DNA of 63,890 nucleotides, counting the filler, from Hausera hauseri (lineage: Eukaryota), in assembly GCA_046269625.1 (NCBI GenBank). It is 11 parts of 11 records of this genome, joined end to end, with 100 filler letters (N's around TTAATTAATTAA, not from the genome) between each part and the next. Parts side by side here need not be neighbours in the genome. Positions count along the whole stretch, not along the records: positions 9,562 to 14,435 come from JBJURY010407478.1; positions 14,536 to 19,427 come from JBJURY010401257.1; positions 19,528 to 25,556 come from JBJURY010150755.1; 8 more parts are not named here. One strand, written 5' to 3'. Shown piece by piece: positions 11,004-23,300 of the stretch. Within the stretch, counting starts at the first letter, position 1. Each line of letters starts with the position of its first letter. Both the position numbers and the translations under genes were made by a program. Under the pieces are notes generated by a model. That model had not been told where the DNA came from. It worked only from the letters and a program-made list of their open reading frames with translations, and made no database searches.

Positions 11004-11456
11004 TTGGAAAATTTTGATGGATTATCAATTTCTGACGTGGTACGATGGTGGCAAGTACGTGATAGTGAGCTGATTGCAAGAGCAGTAAATGAATTTGGAT
11101 TTACAGAAGATTTAGCATCAATAGCATTTTTGACAGCAACAACAGATTTTAGCTCTATAGAAAATTTAATTATTGTGCTAAATCAAATGTACATTCACCG
11201 ATTGTACAATACAAATTACTTTGATACTGTTGAAAAGGTACGCAGTGAATTAACGAACTTGAAAGAGAAAATAATGGACAAAGTACGAGACTGTCAGTTT
11301 ACTTGTGTGCTGTGTAAACAAAGAAAAGTGGATACGGTATTCTTAATGTGCGGCCATCTCGTTATTTGTCAAAGGTGTTCCACCATCAAAGTAACCCGCC
11401 AATGTTTAGAATGTAAATGTGCTATAATGGAAATTGTACATATTTATTACGAATGA
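11004..11456 (+). CDS. UBA-like plus C-terminal RING (IAP/MDM2-type) E3-ligase-like protein lacking BIR domains
   Basis: SELIARAVNEFGFTEDL...FSSIENLI, then a coiled segment, then CVLC...VFLMCGHLVICQRC...CLECK...HIY at the C-terminus. The start is called at TTG. Confidence 0.75.
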   Translation: MENFDGLSISDVVRWWQVRDSELIARAVNEFGFTEDLASIAFLTATTDFSSIENLIIVLNQMYIHRLYNTNYFDTVEKVRSELTNLKEKIMDKVRDCQFTCVLCKQRKVDTVFLMCGHLVICQRCSTIKVTRQCLECKCAIMEIVHIYYE

Positions 11457-11850
11457 CGTCTTCAATAACGGAACAAAACTGTGTTATTGGCTTCCATGAC
11501 GTGGAGGTAATTTTATCTAGTATGTACCATTGTGATATGACACAATACTCTCAACATAATTGTCTATTGTTTACAATGAAAACAAACCTGTATGAACAAA
11601 TTTGACATAAATTTGGGTGAAATTTCATTTTACGTTTGTCCTATTTAAAAAATGTCTTTGGAAAACAATTCAGCAGGCGACAGATCCGCGAGTCTCTAAA
11701 AATTCAATAGTACAGCGAATATTCTTCAGAAATTCCCTGTTGTATAATGGATACAACTTACATTATCTGTGCAACGTTATTCAATTGCCACTGATGCAAA
11801 GAGTCAAAATTAAACCAGTGAAATATGGTTTATTGGTGAAAAAATAATTT
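11453..11850 (+). pseudogene. Small Cys/His Maverick hypothetical protein
   Basis: ATG overlaps the RING stop (ATGA); C....SQHNCL motif; frameshifted. Confidence 0.4.
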
Positions 11851-12544
11851 GGATACAATGAAAGACACAATTAAAAAAGCTGACAGTGATTTGGCGTTGA
11901 GTAACGATATCCGAGATACATCATCGATTTTTTACAAATAAAATATGGCGAAAATTGTCAGTTCACATGGTGGAGAAACAGTAGTAGTAGAAAAAGCAGT
12001 TTTGACAATGGAAGGAACTAAAGGGTACTTGACACTGAAGATCAAAGGATTCAAGGAAAGGAGCGACGTCAAATCCCCAATATGAAAAATGGGGAAGTTT
12101 CCTATTATTTTGCTGACTTACTTTGTGTGCTTTTGTGATTTTAGGTTTTATCCGATCAATAGATATATGTATTTGTGTTACATATTTTGTTTTCTCGTAT
12201 AAGGTTATTGTTTTACTTTTACTTCTATCTTACTTAATAATAATAGGTTAAGTAAGTAACCGAAAACAAAACACAAAAGCCACTGAACAAAGTACATTGT
12301 TAACACTGAAATAAAATGATATATAAAAGATAATTGTCCATAATTGTCAAATTATCCAGACCAGATTGATTTGCCTGTATCTTATCTGATCTGACGCCAC
12401 CGAACGCGTTTTATTTCAACCTCCAATATCCATACGTCTAACTCTTATTTCGCCCCACCAACTTTCACTTATCATCGTTACATGACAAAGCGACATTCTC
12501 ACTAGTTATATATATATATACAGCTGGTGCTCAATTGATTATGC

Positions 12545-14435
12545 CAATATTGCAGCCATCAAACATTTTCTGGTAACGTGCCAAGTCGAGGTAATGCAGC
12601 TCTTACATCCGCAACTTGCTCAGGTCCAATACCACTTGTCCGATGTAACTTGGCCAGTCCAGAGCGACTTCTTCCCTGTTTAACAGCACCACAACCAATT
12701 CATCGGCAATGTACATTGACCGCCGAAACTGTGCTTTACTCGTGTACGTGAACAACCATTTTTTGTTATTGCATAGGAGTACATTGAGCCACTTTTCCAG
12801 ACTCTCCACTGTTTTTTCGTACAGAGAATTGTTTTTCAGCTTGTAGTAGTTCTTTTCGAACTTTATACAAGCTACGGCTCGCTTCACCGAATTTCCATCT
12901 ATGTACGCATTGAATATTGGAGCCTGAGCAAATCGGATTGCACGATTCAGCTGTGTGACGCGTATATCGAGCTGCATGTAGAACAGTATCAAACGCCAAT
13001 GGACCAAGTAATTCAGCTTCGGTTCATGCGTCGTGAGCAGTTTTTTCAATTTTGAGCCTGGCGGACATTGGTTAAGTGGTGCGACCGGTAAATGATCCAA
13101 AACGTCATCAGCTCATCCGGTACCACAAGATCGACCTCCATCAGGTATCCGACTGAGCCTGCCATGCCTGCTCGCGATCGGTTGAACATTATTTCGTCCA
13201 GATCTTGTCTGTTGACTACCCAATCAAATGAACTGTGCGGCAAGGGTTGCGAAAGCGCCCAGCTGTACAGGTTATTGATATAAATATACAGCAGTGCTGT
13301 GATATCGGTAGGACTGACCTGATGCTTGTTGACAAATGTCATGCAGCCGCGAATACCGACATCAAACACTCGGTACATTTCCGGGTCTTGCAGCAACTCA
13401 GTTTGTCGATCCAGTGATATCAAAGCTGACACCCAACTCATTCCCGACCTATCTTCCGCCAGCGTTTTGGTCCGAAATGCTTCGAACACGTCGGCTAATA
13501 AATACACGTCCAGTTTAAGATACTGGAGCATGTAATCCAACATGTTTCTACAGTTCAGTTCTGTGCAAGATTCTTGTGCCATCCCATATTCATCTTTTGC
13601 GATAACTGTCCATCGCGGGGGTAATTCCTCTGCTGTCCGGAGTGTCTCATATGATGTTGCAAATCCGTAGGGAAATATGCCTTTGCTGCGTGCAGTATGT
13701 GCAGGGAACAGCGTCAGTGCTATAGGCACATATGGCAAGGCATTTACCAGCTTTGCTAATGATTCATTGAGAAACTGCAATGAATCAAGGAAGTGTACCT
13801 GGAATCGGTTTGCTCATGCCGAAAGCGATAGGCATTTTTCCTTTGTCGTTGGGATTATGGAGAGTTCTCAGTGCAGAAATCCGTTTATTGTCCATTTAAA
13901 AATATGGTGACAATCATAACCCCTGAATTTATGAAATACTACCGGTAAGAATGGCCGAAAATTCCTTGCCAAATTGCATGAATTACATGCGGCTCCGAGA
14001 TATCGACTGACAAAATGATCATGATCCGGTATGAACCGTTCCAGTGCATGAAACGTTAATATTTTGTGGCACAGGTAACATTCATCTGCGAATTCAAACA
14101 TCAGGTGTTCAACTTCATCTACTCTACCAGGGTGCGATTTCAGTTTCAACTATGGTTTGAAACTGGTGAAAGAAATAGCGTACACAATTCCATCCGTGGA
14201 AAACATAATATTGAGGTTGACCTGCGGCTTTTATTGAGGCAACCAACATACCGACGGCGATTAAAACATGTTTTTGGTCATATATATTATGCCGTGGTAA
14301 GATAGCTTCGATATCGGCATATACTATATATGCCGGACTGTCTGTTTTTGACCAATCAGTGAACCTGTGTTCCTGTTTGACGGGCATGACATACATTGTG
14401 GTTCCTGACTAATTTTGTCTGCACACAGTCACATG
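12545..14435 (-). pseudogene. polB: Protein-primed DNA polymerase B with an endonuclease-VII-like insert; truncated and frameshifted
   Basis: YADIE, CYLC..DHDH..YLGAACNSCNL, FHKFRGYD, KGIFPY, YLKLDVYLLADVFEAFR, NNLYSWALSQPLP, KLKNNSLY and IGQVVLDLSKLRM. It ends before YxDTDS. Confidence 0.93.
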
Positions 14436-14541
14436 NNNNNNNNNNNNNNNNNNNNNNNNNNNNNNNNNNNNNNNNNNNNTTAATTAATTAANNNNNNNNN
14501 NNNNNNNNNNNNNNNNNNNNNNNNNNNNNNNNNNNTGCTAT

Positions 14542-15700
14542 GTGGCTCAACCAATTACTTACAGTCACAATGACACAATGGAAATCGCGAAAAATGTCGT
14601 TTTAGTTAGTCTAGAATTGGTTACATTACAGGTTCAAATGACATTTTCCATCACCAATTTCTTTATACACTATTTTCTACAACTAAAACAACTATTTAAC
14701 AAACGACCAGTATATGTTAAATCACTGCTATTTGATTTGTACAGTTATGCCTCTGTTAATCCATTAAGTAATATGTTGATATGGGATAATTTAAAGCAAT
14801 TTTCCATTGTGTCCCTGGCCGAATTGAATTTAGATGAACAAATCCAAATAGACCTGATCTGCCAAGTACAGGAAATCAAATCTACCAATGCAAACATACT
14901 TGGATCATTTGATCAGACATTTTGTTATTTTGGCGCGAAACATATCATAAAGGATGTCGGTTACAAAAACTTGCAGTCAGTGTCGATTTGGGGTATTACA
15001 AAGAATGCCCATAGAGCTATAAAATATTCAGAATAAATAAAACATATTGGAGCTTTTAAATTTTATTACTCTTACGGAATCCGATTTTTCGGCATTTAAC
15101 AATCGTACGCGAGGGAAAATACAACTCATGAAGCCTGGTGCACTTTCTATCATTGATACGGTGACGCTGTATTATCACATCACTGGAATAACAAGAACGT
15201 ACGTAAAAATGCCGTCGGATTCGGCATTTAAAAATCTCACAAAATCTAAGCACAACACCGATGTATGCGGTTTTGCCATGTCCGCCTTTTCAGACGGGTA
15301 GCACATCCGGTGTCGGGTACTGTATGCATATTGTTTAATGCGTTGGTCCAGGCCAAGACATTGTACTGTAGAATATGCTGCAGAATTGCATTCGCTAAGG
15401 GTAGAGATTACCGCAAATCCAACACCTCTGTCCTGTTGCACTTTAGTTGGAAGGACACTATGATACAGACCATAATTAGTAGTGCAGCGGTACAGGAAGT
15501 CATGCAGTCGACATCTCGTAAATTCACTCACGCTCAACAATGACTTTATTGTCATGTTCTTGAAATCCTCCACAAGTCGAACGTAACAATGTTGCAGAAC
15601 ACAGAAGCTGACTGTAGTTCGGGTAGCCAACACTGTGACACAATGTTCTCAAATAAATCTTGACAGAAACTGTCAAAGCTAGACCACATTATTTTCGATA
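14542..15700 (+). pseudogene. Possible OB-fold ssDNA-binding protein remnant (RPA70/MEIOB/POT1-like)
   Basis: SLAEL...IDLICQVQEI...IKD...SVSIWG...FITLTESDFSAFNNR, followed by a CxxC-containing segment YCRIC...DYR..LLHFSWKD. Pattern similarity only. Confidence 0.33.
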
Positions 15701-16199
15701 TCCGTGCAATCGGCCATATGCATTTAAAAAACTCCTACATTTTAGAAATCGATGGTGGACCCATTTATATTTTGTACTCAAGACACACAAAAAACGAAAT
15801 CAGAAGTCGCCGTTAAGACTGGTACAACTATGAATCTACAGAGTGGCTTCGAAGCCTATCAAGATCTTATTTGCAAAATAATCAAACGTGTTAGTAACAA
15901 AATTATTCCCCAAAAACTTAATGGTATCGCTAATACTTTCGACACCGTCACTACTCGAACTCACATATATAGGTTTTAGACTCTCAATCGAAAACCCTTT
16001 TCGGATTCTGGAACCCTTGACACCAAAGAAAGTTTTCAAGTGACTGTTATGTTCCTAACAAAATCTTTTTCATCATTACAAGATCCACCAGAAAAGGTCA
16101 TTCCCGTCTGCACATTAGAAAATATATCACATCTAATTGAACGTCCCCTACTTTGGGTTAGGGATCTGTGTGAGAGTCCAATTACATACACGTCACGTC

Positions 16200-19100
16200 G
16201 TACGCCCGTTGTTTGCCCCAAGGCTGTGAGTCGCGCGGCTTGCAGTGCGGGGTTACAGCATCGCGCTCCTGGCTCCAGCCAGCACATTTTTTCCATTTTC
16301 ATTTTTAAAAACAACATACACATCCACACACATACCGCAAATAAAATACCTTAGAAAAGGAGCTACACACTTCAGTCTTAGACGCCACCGACATTTCTGA
16401 CTTTGCCTTGTTTTCCAATGACTTAATCATCCGTCAACATGATCGTCTGTGTAGCTTTCTTTTGCATCCTTTTTTATCCATTTGTGTCACGCTTCAGCCT
16501 AAACATTATGGTGGTTCTGACCCCAACTCTAATGAGTTAAAAAAGTCGCCTAACATAACCTTCGTGTCGCCAACTCTTTCCTCCTTTTCACACTTTCAGG
16601 GCGTCGATTTTTTCCTTGATAGTCAGAATTCCAGCAGAACATGGCTAGATTTCCACGCAAAGTGGCTAGCCTCACACAAAATCACCGATTCCTTTCAGAA
16701 AGCCAACAGTTTACTGATTCATATGCCGACCAACATTAAATCCTTCATCACTAATCTATCTGACATTTTTAATCACTCCGACCCCTACAAATCGCTATTG
16801 GACGCCGTAACTACATAAACTGAGCCTTCGCCAGACTCCATAATTCAAAAATACTTCAATGAAAATGCTCTGGGTCAGCAAAAACCTTCAGAATTTCATC
16901 GAACCTCACTCTCGCAACTAAATTCAGTAGACGTGAACCAACAAAATAATGCTGATCTTCTCAGACGTTATTTCTTATTATCCTCGCCAGTCCAAATCCG
17001 CGCACTCCTCACTGTAGTGGAGGATTCTACGTCGCTAGATAAACTGACGCAACTTGCGGACAAAAGTTATGAAATTTTTCATAACAATAATGCACATACA
17101 ACGATTTCAGTTTTACAAGCAACGCAATCACCAACAACAGTTGCACATCTACAGTCAGCAAACTCATCATACAAAGCAAACAATATAGTCAATGAACTTC
17201 AAAATATTCAAGCCGAAAATGCGGTTTTACATCAGGCTATTTCAGCTATATCTAGAAGACCCGACGCCTTGTCCTTTCCGCGTTGTGATCAATTTAGCGT
17301 AAATCGAAGCAGAGTCGTCTGTAAACTCCAGGCGTGCCCAGTCGCCTTCGCGACGGATGGTGTGCTATTATCACCAAATTCAATCCAAATGTCAAAAAAT
17401 GCTGTATAGGCTGTAAATTCTATACGCAGAATTTCCAATTACGCGATGTAGTTTGCATCTATCACAGTAAGTTCAAAGACAATGCAAAACGCTGCTTATC
17501 TGGGTGTACGTTTTACACCCAGAACAATCCAACTTCTTCACCTACTCAAAAAAAACACCTACAGCCGCCAGAAACTACAGCAAATTCTGGCAAAGGCCAT
17601 CTTTCATCACTTAAGAGCCGTACTAATGCTGTTTTCCTATTAAACGCTACACTCACATCTCCACACCATACTAAATTCTTGATTGATTCGGGTGCAGCCG
17701 TCTCATTTGTAGTTTCATCTTTCCATTCTTTAAAAATTCTTCTCATCTCTGCTGGGCTATTTACTGCCAATGGGCAAGCCTTACGTATTTCTGGTACTGC
17801 AGAACTCTCCTTCACTTTAGCACATTTCTCTGAACTTTTTCAATGGAAGTTTATTGTTGCTAATATCAAAACTCCCATCTTAGGTTCTGATTTTCTATCG
17901 CATTACAATTTACTTGTCGACTGCAGACAGCATCGTGTGATCCAAAATACAATTAACCATACAAATTCACAAAATAATGCACCATTTGTTCCGAAGTTGA
18001 CTATAACGCCAGTCTATACTAAAGAAATATTTAGTTAAAGTAGATAAATTGAATGTTGATAACTCCGATTGTGACGTTTCTATTCATACAGTAACAACAA
18101 AAAACAATTGCCAACACAGACTCAACCTTTCACCTCACCTCCCCATTAATGCAACTGGATACAGCTCTTCGTGACTATATCACAACTTGTCCTAGAGCAT
18201 TGAAAACCCAAATTCCAAGCCTGCTTCTACTACGTACCATCACATCGTCACTTAACACCAAAGACCAATTAAACAGAAGGTTAGGCCACTTTCTCCGCGC
18301 AGACGCAAAGCTGTGGAATCGGAGTTCAATGAATTAGAAAATGCAGGAATTGTAAGATCAAAGTCACCTTGGGCCTCACCTCTACACGTATTGCCCAAGG
18401 ACGGTACTTTCAGGTCCTGTGGCGATTATCGCCAATTGAACACCATTACGGTAATGGACGCATAACCATTACCGCTCATCAATGAAATCCTACACAGACT
18501 CAATTGCAACATCATATTTTCATCCATCGATCTTCATAAAGCCTACTATCAGATTCCTGTCTCACCTGCTTACATACCGAAAACAGCTGTGACAACACCT
18601 TTTGGCCTTTTTGAGTATGTCTTCATGCCCTTTTGTTTGCGTAATGACTCTCAAACATTTCAAAGGCACATAGACACAATTCTTGCTAGTCTAAACTTTG
18701 CTTTCCTTACATAGATGACATTCTCATAGCCTCGTCATTCCCCAAACAACATTCTGAGCACTTACGCATAGTCTTTCAACGCCTTCACCAAAATAATTTA
18801 GAAGTAAATTTCGCCAAATACTCTTTTCTCCAACACAACATTTCCTTGGTCATATCAACACCACATTTGGCCACTCTCCTCAGCAAGACCACATAACTCA
18901 GCTTAAGGACATTCAGTTGCCACGAACAACAACTGAAATGCGCTCTTCTCTTGGCACACTCCACTTTGTTCACAAATATGTGCAGCATTGCTTTGAATTA
19001 ACCGCACAGTTTGCATTTTTATTGTATGGAAAGAAGAAACAGTTAATTCACTGGACTCCTGAACTTGTCAACCACTTTGACCATTTATGTGAAGGTTTAA

Positions 19101-19427
19101 AAACTGTCGAGATCCTAGCTTATCTCAAGTCTGACGCAGAGCTAATATTAACCACAGATGCCTCTACCGCAGCAGTCAGCGCAATATTGCACCAAATTTC
19201 TACTGACGTCAGCGAGCCTCTGGAATTTTATTCTCGGAATCTTACACCACTAGAAAGTCGTTACTCAACGTTCGACAGAGAGCTCCTGGCTATAGTATTA
19301 GCCGTGAAACAGTTTTCCCATTTGTTAATTGCCAGGTCTTTTACGATTCAAACTGACCACAAACCTCTTTTTCGCATTATGAACATGAAAACTTCCTCAA
19401 CTAGACAACAGCATCATATACCGTACT
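16200..19427 (+). mobile_element. Mag-like Ty3/Gypsy element (UBL-Gag-PR-RT-RNaseH), decayed, copy A
   Basis: Gag LGQQKPSEF and CIYH..F...AKRC; FLIDSGA; SPWASPLH; MPF, YIDD; TTDAS; YSTFDRELLA; TDHKPL. Confidence 0.93.
16283..16515 (+). other. N-terminal ubiquitin-like domain ending KHYGG, copy A (one frameshift)
   Basis: IFSIFIFKNN-IHIHT...ELHTSVLDAT..DFALFSND..DRLCSF..ICVTLQPKHYGG|SDPN. Confidence 0.6.
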
Positions 19428-19988
19428 NNNNNNNNNNNNNNNNNNNNNNNNNNNNNNNNNNNNNNNNNNNNTTAATTAATTAANNNNNNNNNNNNNNNNN
19501 NNNNNNNNNNNNNNNNNNNNNNNNNNNAAATGTGGAACGAATTTGAATGGGAGAACAATGTAACAGTGAACACGAAAATTAGGGATCTCCATGTTTGCCT
19601 GAAGCATATCACAAGCAATACGAATATGCGTTGTTTAACGTCTCCAGAAGCCCTGAAGGGTGAATGTGATTATCTTTGTGTTACATTGTGCGCAAAATGC
19701 ATTTTCGGCGAACATGTACTGGCAAATGTTTGTTTGGAGAAACCACCTGGTGAAGAGCCGGTGACAGGACACGTTTGAATCCGAGCAAAGTGCCAAGGAA
19801 TGGCTGTAACGATGGGGGAGAAAATTAATGATCTTGAAATTTTCTCAAAATGATCCATCTTGAAAATAAGCATTTTTTGACAATTTTTGTTCCATAGTTG
19901 TGAAACATACTGAATAAGGCTTATCAGCTTAATAAAACTGTTAAGAATCATCTACCTCTATCTCTCTCTACTTGGAAGTATCATAGCC

Positions 19989-20309
19989 ATGCATAACAAA
20001 TCAACAAATAGTTTGCCACGAGGAACAAACATTAATGATATTCGAACGACGGAAAATAGTGCTTTCATCAACTGGAAATCTCGTGGTACCACTGACAGTA
20101 CGGTACCAGTAATCGGGATAATTGTGAACGGGACTGATCGATTGCAACATGAATCGCTAAAAGATGATGAAAGGACATGCGCTTCCTGCAAGGTGATGAA
20201 GTTAATGCCAAGCAAATTGAATCTACCAGAAATACGTGTCTGTCTCTCCAATCGACGCTCACTGTCACGTGTTGGACTTCGAACCTTCTGGACTAGACCA
20301 TCACAATGA
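19989..20309 (+). pseudogene. Possible fibronectin type III-like fragment
   Basis: LPRGTNINDIRTTENSAFINWK...VIGIIVNG resembles the start of an FN3 domain. Weak. Confidence 0.25.
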
Positions 20310-20389
20310 TCCAATGGACGTACTGCCAGTCAATAGCAACCTCCGATTGACCGCCAGACATTCCATCGTCAGAGGCATCCAAACACAGG

Positions 20390-23300
20390 TTGGTGAAATT
20401 CTTTTCGTTGATTCACGCCCGCCAGTGCTACCATTTTTTGCGCATGTATACAAATCTTTCATAGCTAACACCATTTTTCATTTTAAAGGGTTTTTAAGTT
20501 CAGTAACTGGATATTTTTTTTATCACAATCATCATTTGCCACTGCTTCCCCGGCTGTACGCCCGAACCTCTCCTTAACCCAGAAGGAAACCGCCAAAGCC
20601 CCTATGCATTTTAACATTCTCCTGAGATTACTTCGCTGCACTCTCCGTCCAGGTGTTAGGCAATAATCGACACATTAAAACCATTAGAGCTCCACTCAAC
20701 GCCACAGCGCAGCTCCTGTACAATTCTTTATCCTCCTCACTTAACACTTCTACCTTCTGTTTCACACATCGAGGTATCACTGTACATCCTGTCGACTCCC
20801 TCCTGTCTTTTGTATTCCACGAACGTCCAGTCATCCATCTCATGCTCTATTTTCGCCTTTGGGATGGATCGGACTCAAACCCGTCTTTCTCGGATGATAA
20901 ATCCACAAATACATACAATTTTTATCGTCTACCAAATTGTCAACAAATACCAGCCTCGCTAAATCTACCTCGTGTGCATTTCTTCTTGATAAAATCAACT
21001 CAAGCAAACCATGGCTCCAATTCCATCAACAGTGGCTAAATTCCAACAACATCACCGACCCCTTTGTGCGAACCAATAGTCTTTTGATACTTCTGCCTGT
21101 CAACATCAAGCTGCAAATCAGTAATATCTCCGAACTGCTCCAGTCATCGACACCATACGAAACACTATGTGAGGCCGTACTCCATATCACCGGTACCTCG
21201 ATAGATCACATTATACGAAAATACTTTAACGATCATGCTATAGGAAACCAAAAGCCATTCGATTTTCTCCAAACGGCCAATCTGCAGCTTAGCACTTTGG
21301 GAGTAACACCTACGAATAACGAGGATTTAATTCGCCGTTAATTTTTGTCACCTTTGCCTACTTCAATCAGAGCCTTGCTCACCATTGTCGACCAGTCTAC
21401 TGCTATCGAAAAACTGACCATAATGGCTAAAAAATCCTTTGAGATTTTCCACACCAATAATTCTTTCCCAATTGCGGCTGCAACCATATGTACTCCAACT
21501 ATAGACACAACATTATTCACTCAACAATTGCAAATGGTGCAGCAACAGTTTGACAAGTTACAGCAGTCAATTTCGGCCATTACTACCCAACTAAACAACC
21601 TTAATGGACCTCGAAAAAGTGATACCAGACCTTCAAGGGAGCGAAGCACTACAAGACACTCGACTCGATCAAAGAAATGCTTCTTAAGCTGTCAATTCTA
21701 TAGCGAGCCATACGCTGTGAACAACCCTATTTGCATATACCACAACAAATATCAGTCACAGGCCAGGTCATATGTATCTGGTTGTAAACACTACAAAGAT
21801 AAATGTTCTCCTTTTTTCCTTTTCTTCCTTTTCTCCAATTCCTTCAAAAAACTAATAATGCCGCCAGATTTTACGGCACATTCTGGTGCAGGCAATATCG
21901 CTCAATCTTCTGACCGTTTCAACACCGCCTCTGCAGTCTTTCTGTTGAAAGCTGCACTGTTATACAGAGATACCTTACATATCGAATTCCAAATAGATTC
22001 AGGAGCTGCCTTTTCACTCCTTCACTTGTTCTTCACTCATACATGCACTATAATTTCCTCTCCTCCTCTCTTCACTGCCAATGGGCAACCGTTGAACGTT
22101 GCAGAAACCACGGAACTGACTTTTACATTCGCCAACTTGCCAGATAAGTTTGTATGGAAGTTCCACGTGACCAATATTAAATCTCCCATAATATACTCAG
22201 ATTTTCTTGAGGAACATGATCTATTGGTCGATTGCAAATACGGCTGTCTTTTAAGCAGGAACTCGATCGCAATTCCAAACATATCTCGCAGACAATCTGT
22301 CGAACACCTCAATGCACTCTTCTATAAATATAGTGAATACCTCGTCAAATGCTAACGAGTATAGCAATCAGAAATCAATTTTAAAACAAAAATCCAAACT
22401 GAATATTGGCAGTGGCAATGACGGTTGTTTTTCGTCAATTACTGCAACTGTTTCGTCCGATGATATGCCTCATTTATTCTTACCTCTAGACTGGGATCTT
22501 AAATCATACGTCGCAACGTCTTGCTTTTGCATAGTTAAAAGGGACGTCAACTTCAAGCCTCCATTCACAACTTATCACCATATAGTAATAGAACATCAAG
22601 GGCCTATCAAACAAAAGCTCAGACCTTTGTCGCCACTGGAAAAGTCTGGCATCGTTCGGAGATCGAATTCTCCATGGGCTTTTCTTCTTCATGTAGTAGT
22701 AAGGAAAAATGGTACTTACAGGCCATGTGGCGACCATCGACAATTAAACAACCTAACTATTACAGATGCATATCCACTGATACTCATTAAGGATAAACTT
22801 CATAGTCTCAATAACACCAATACATACTCTACCATGGAGCTGCACAAGGCCTACCATCAAATTCCTGTTGCACCTGATAACATTCCAAAACTGCTGTCAT
22901 CACACCATTTGGCCTTTATGAATACATCTTCATGCCTTTCGGCCTACGTAGCGCATCTCAGACCTTTCAGCACCACATTGACACCGTTCTTTCAGGTCTT
23001 GATTTTGCTCACCCATACATAGATGGCATATTAGTCGCTTCCACCTCGATTAAACAACATAAAGAACACCTTAGAATTATTTCCCACAGATTGCATCAAA
23101 GCAACCTGCAAATCAGTTTCGCCAAATGCAATTTCTTCCAGAAACACATCAACTTCCTAGGCCACGTAATTAATCCCGAAGGTCATTCACCCCAGCCTGA
23201 TCGTTTACAACAATTAAAATATGTGACGTTACCAACTACTACTACCGATATGAGGAGTTTTCTAGGGATATTGCATTTCGTACACAAATACGTGCCACAC

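Larger units (their letters stand above)
9562..14435. mobile_element. Polinton/Maverick fragment: accessory genes (+) converging on pPolB (-)
   Basis: pPolB, a Maverick-type exonuclease and dUTPase. The first ~340 bp are paralogous to 63597-63890. Confidence 0.88.

Noticed and set aside
12510-12545. Tc1-like TIR (TA-CAGCTGGTG), similar to 50642-50660
   Set aside because: Only about 10 bp are shared, and I identified no partner TIR or transposase.
9562-14435. Giant virus (NCLDV) genome suggested by dUTPase, TBP, RING and ATPase
   Set aside because: The polymerase is protein-primed, the genes sit with a Polinton integrase, penton and MCP, most are pseudogenised, and the other contigs are host repeats.
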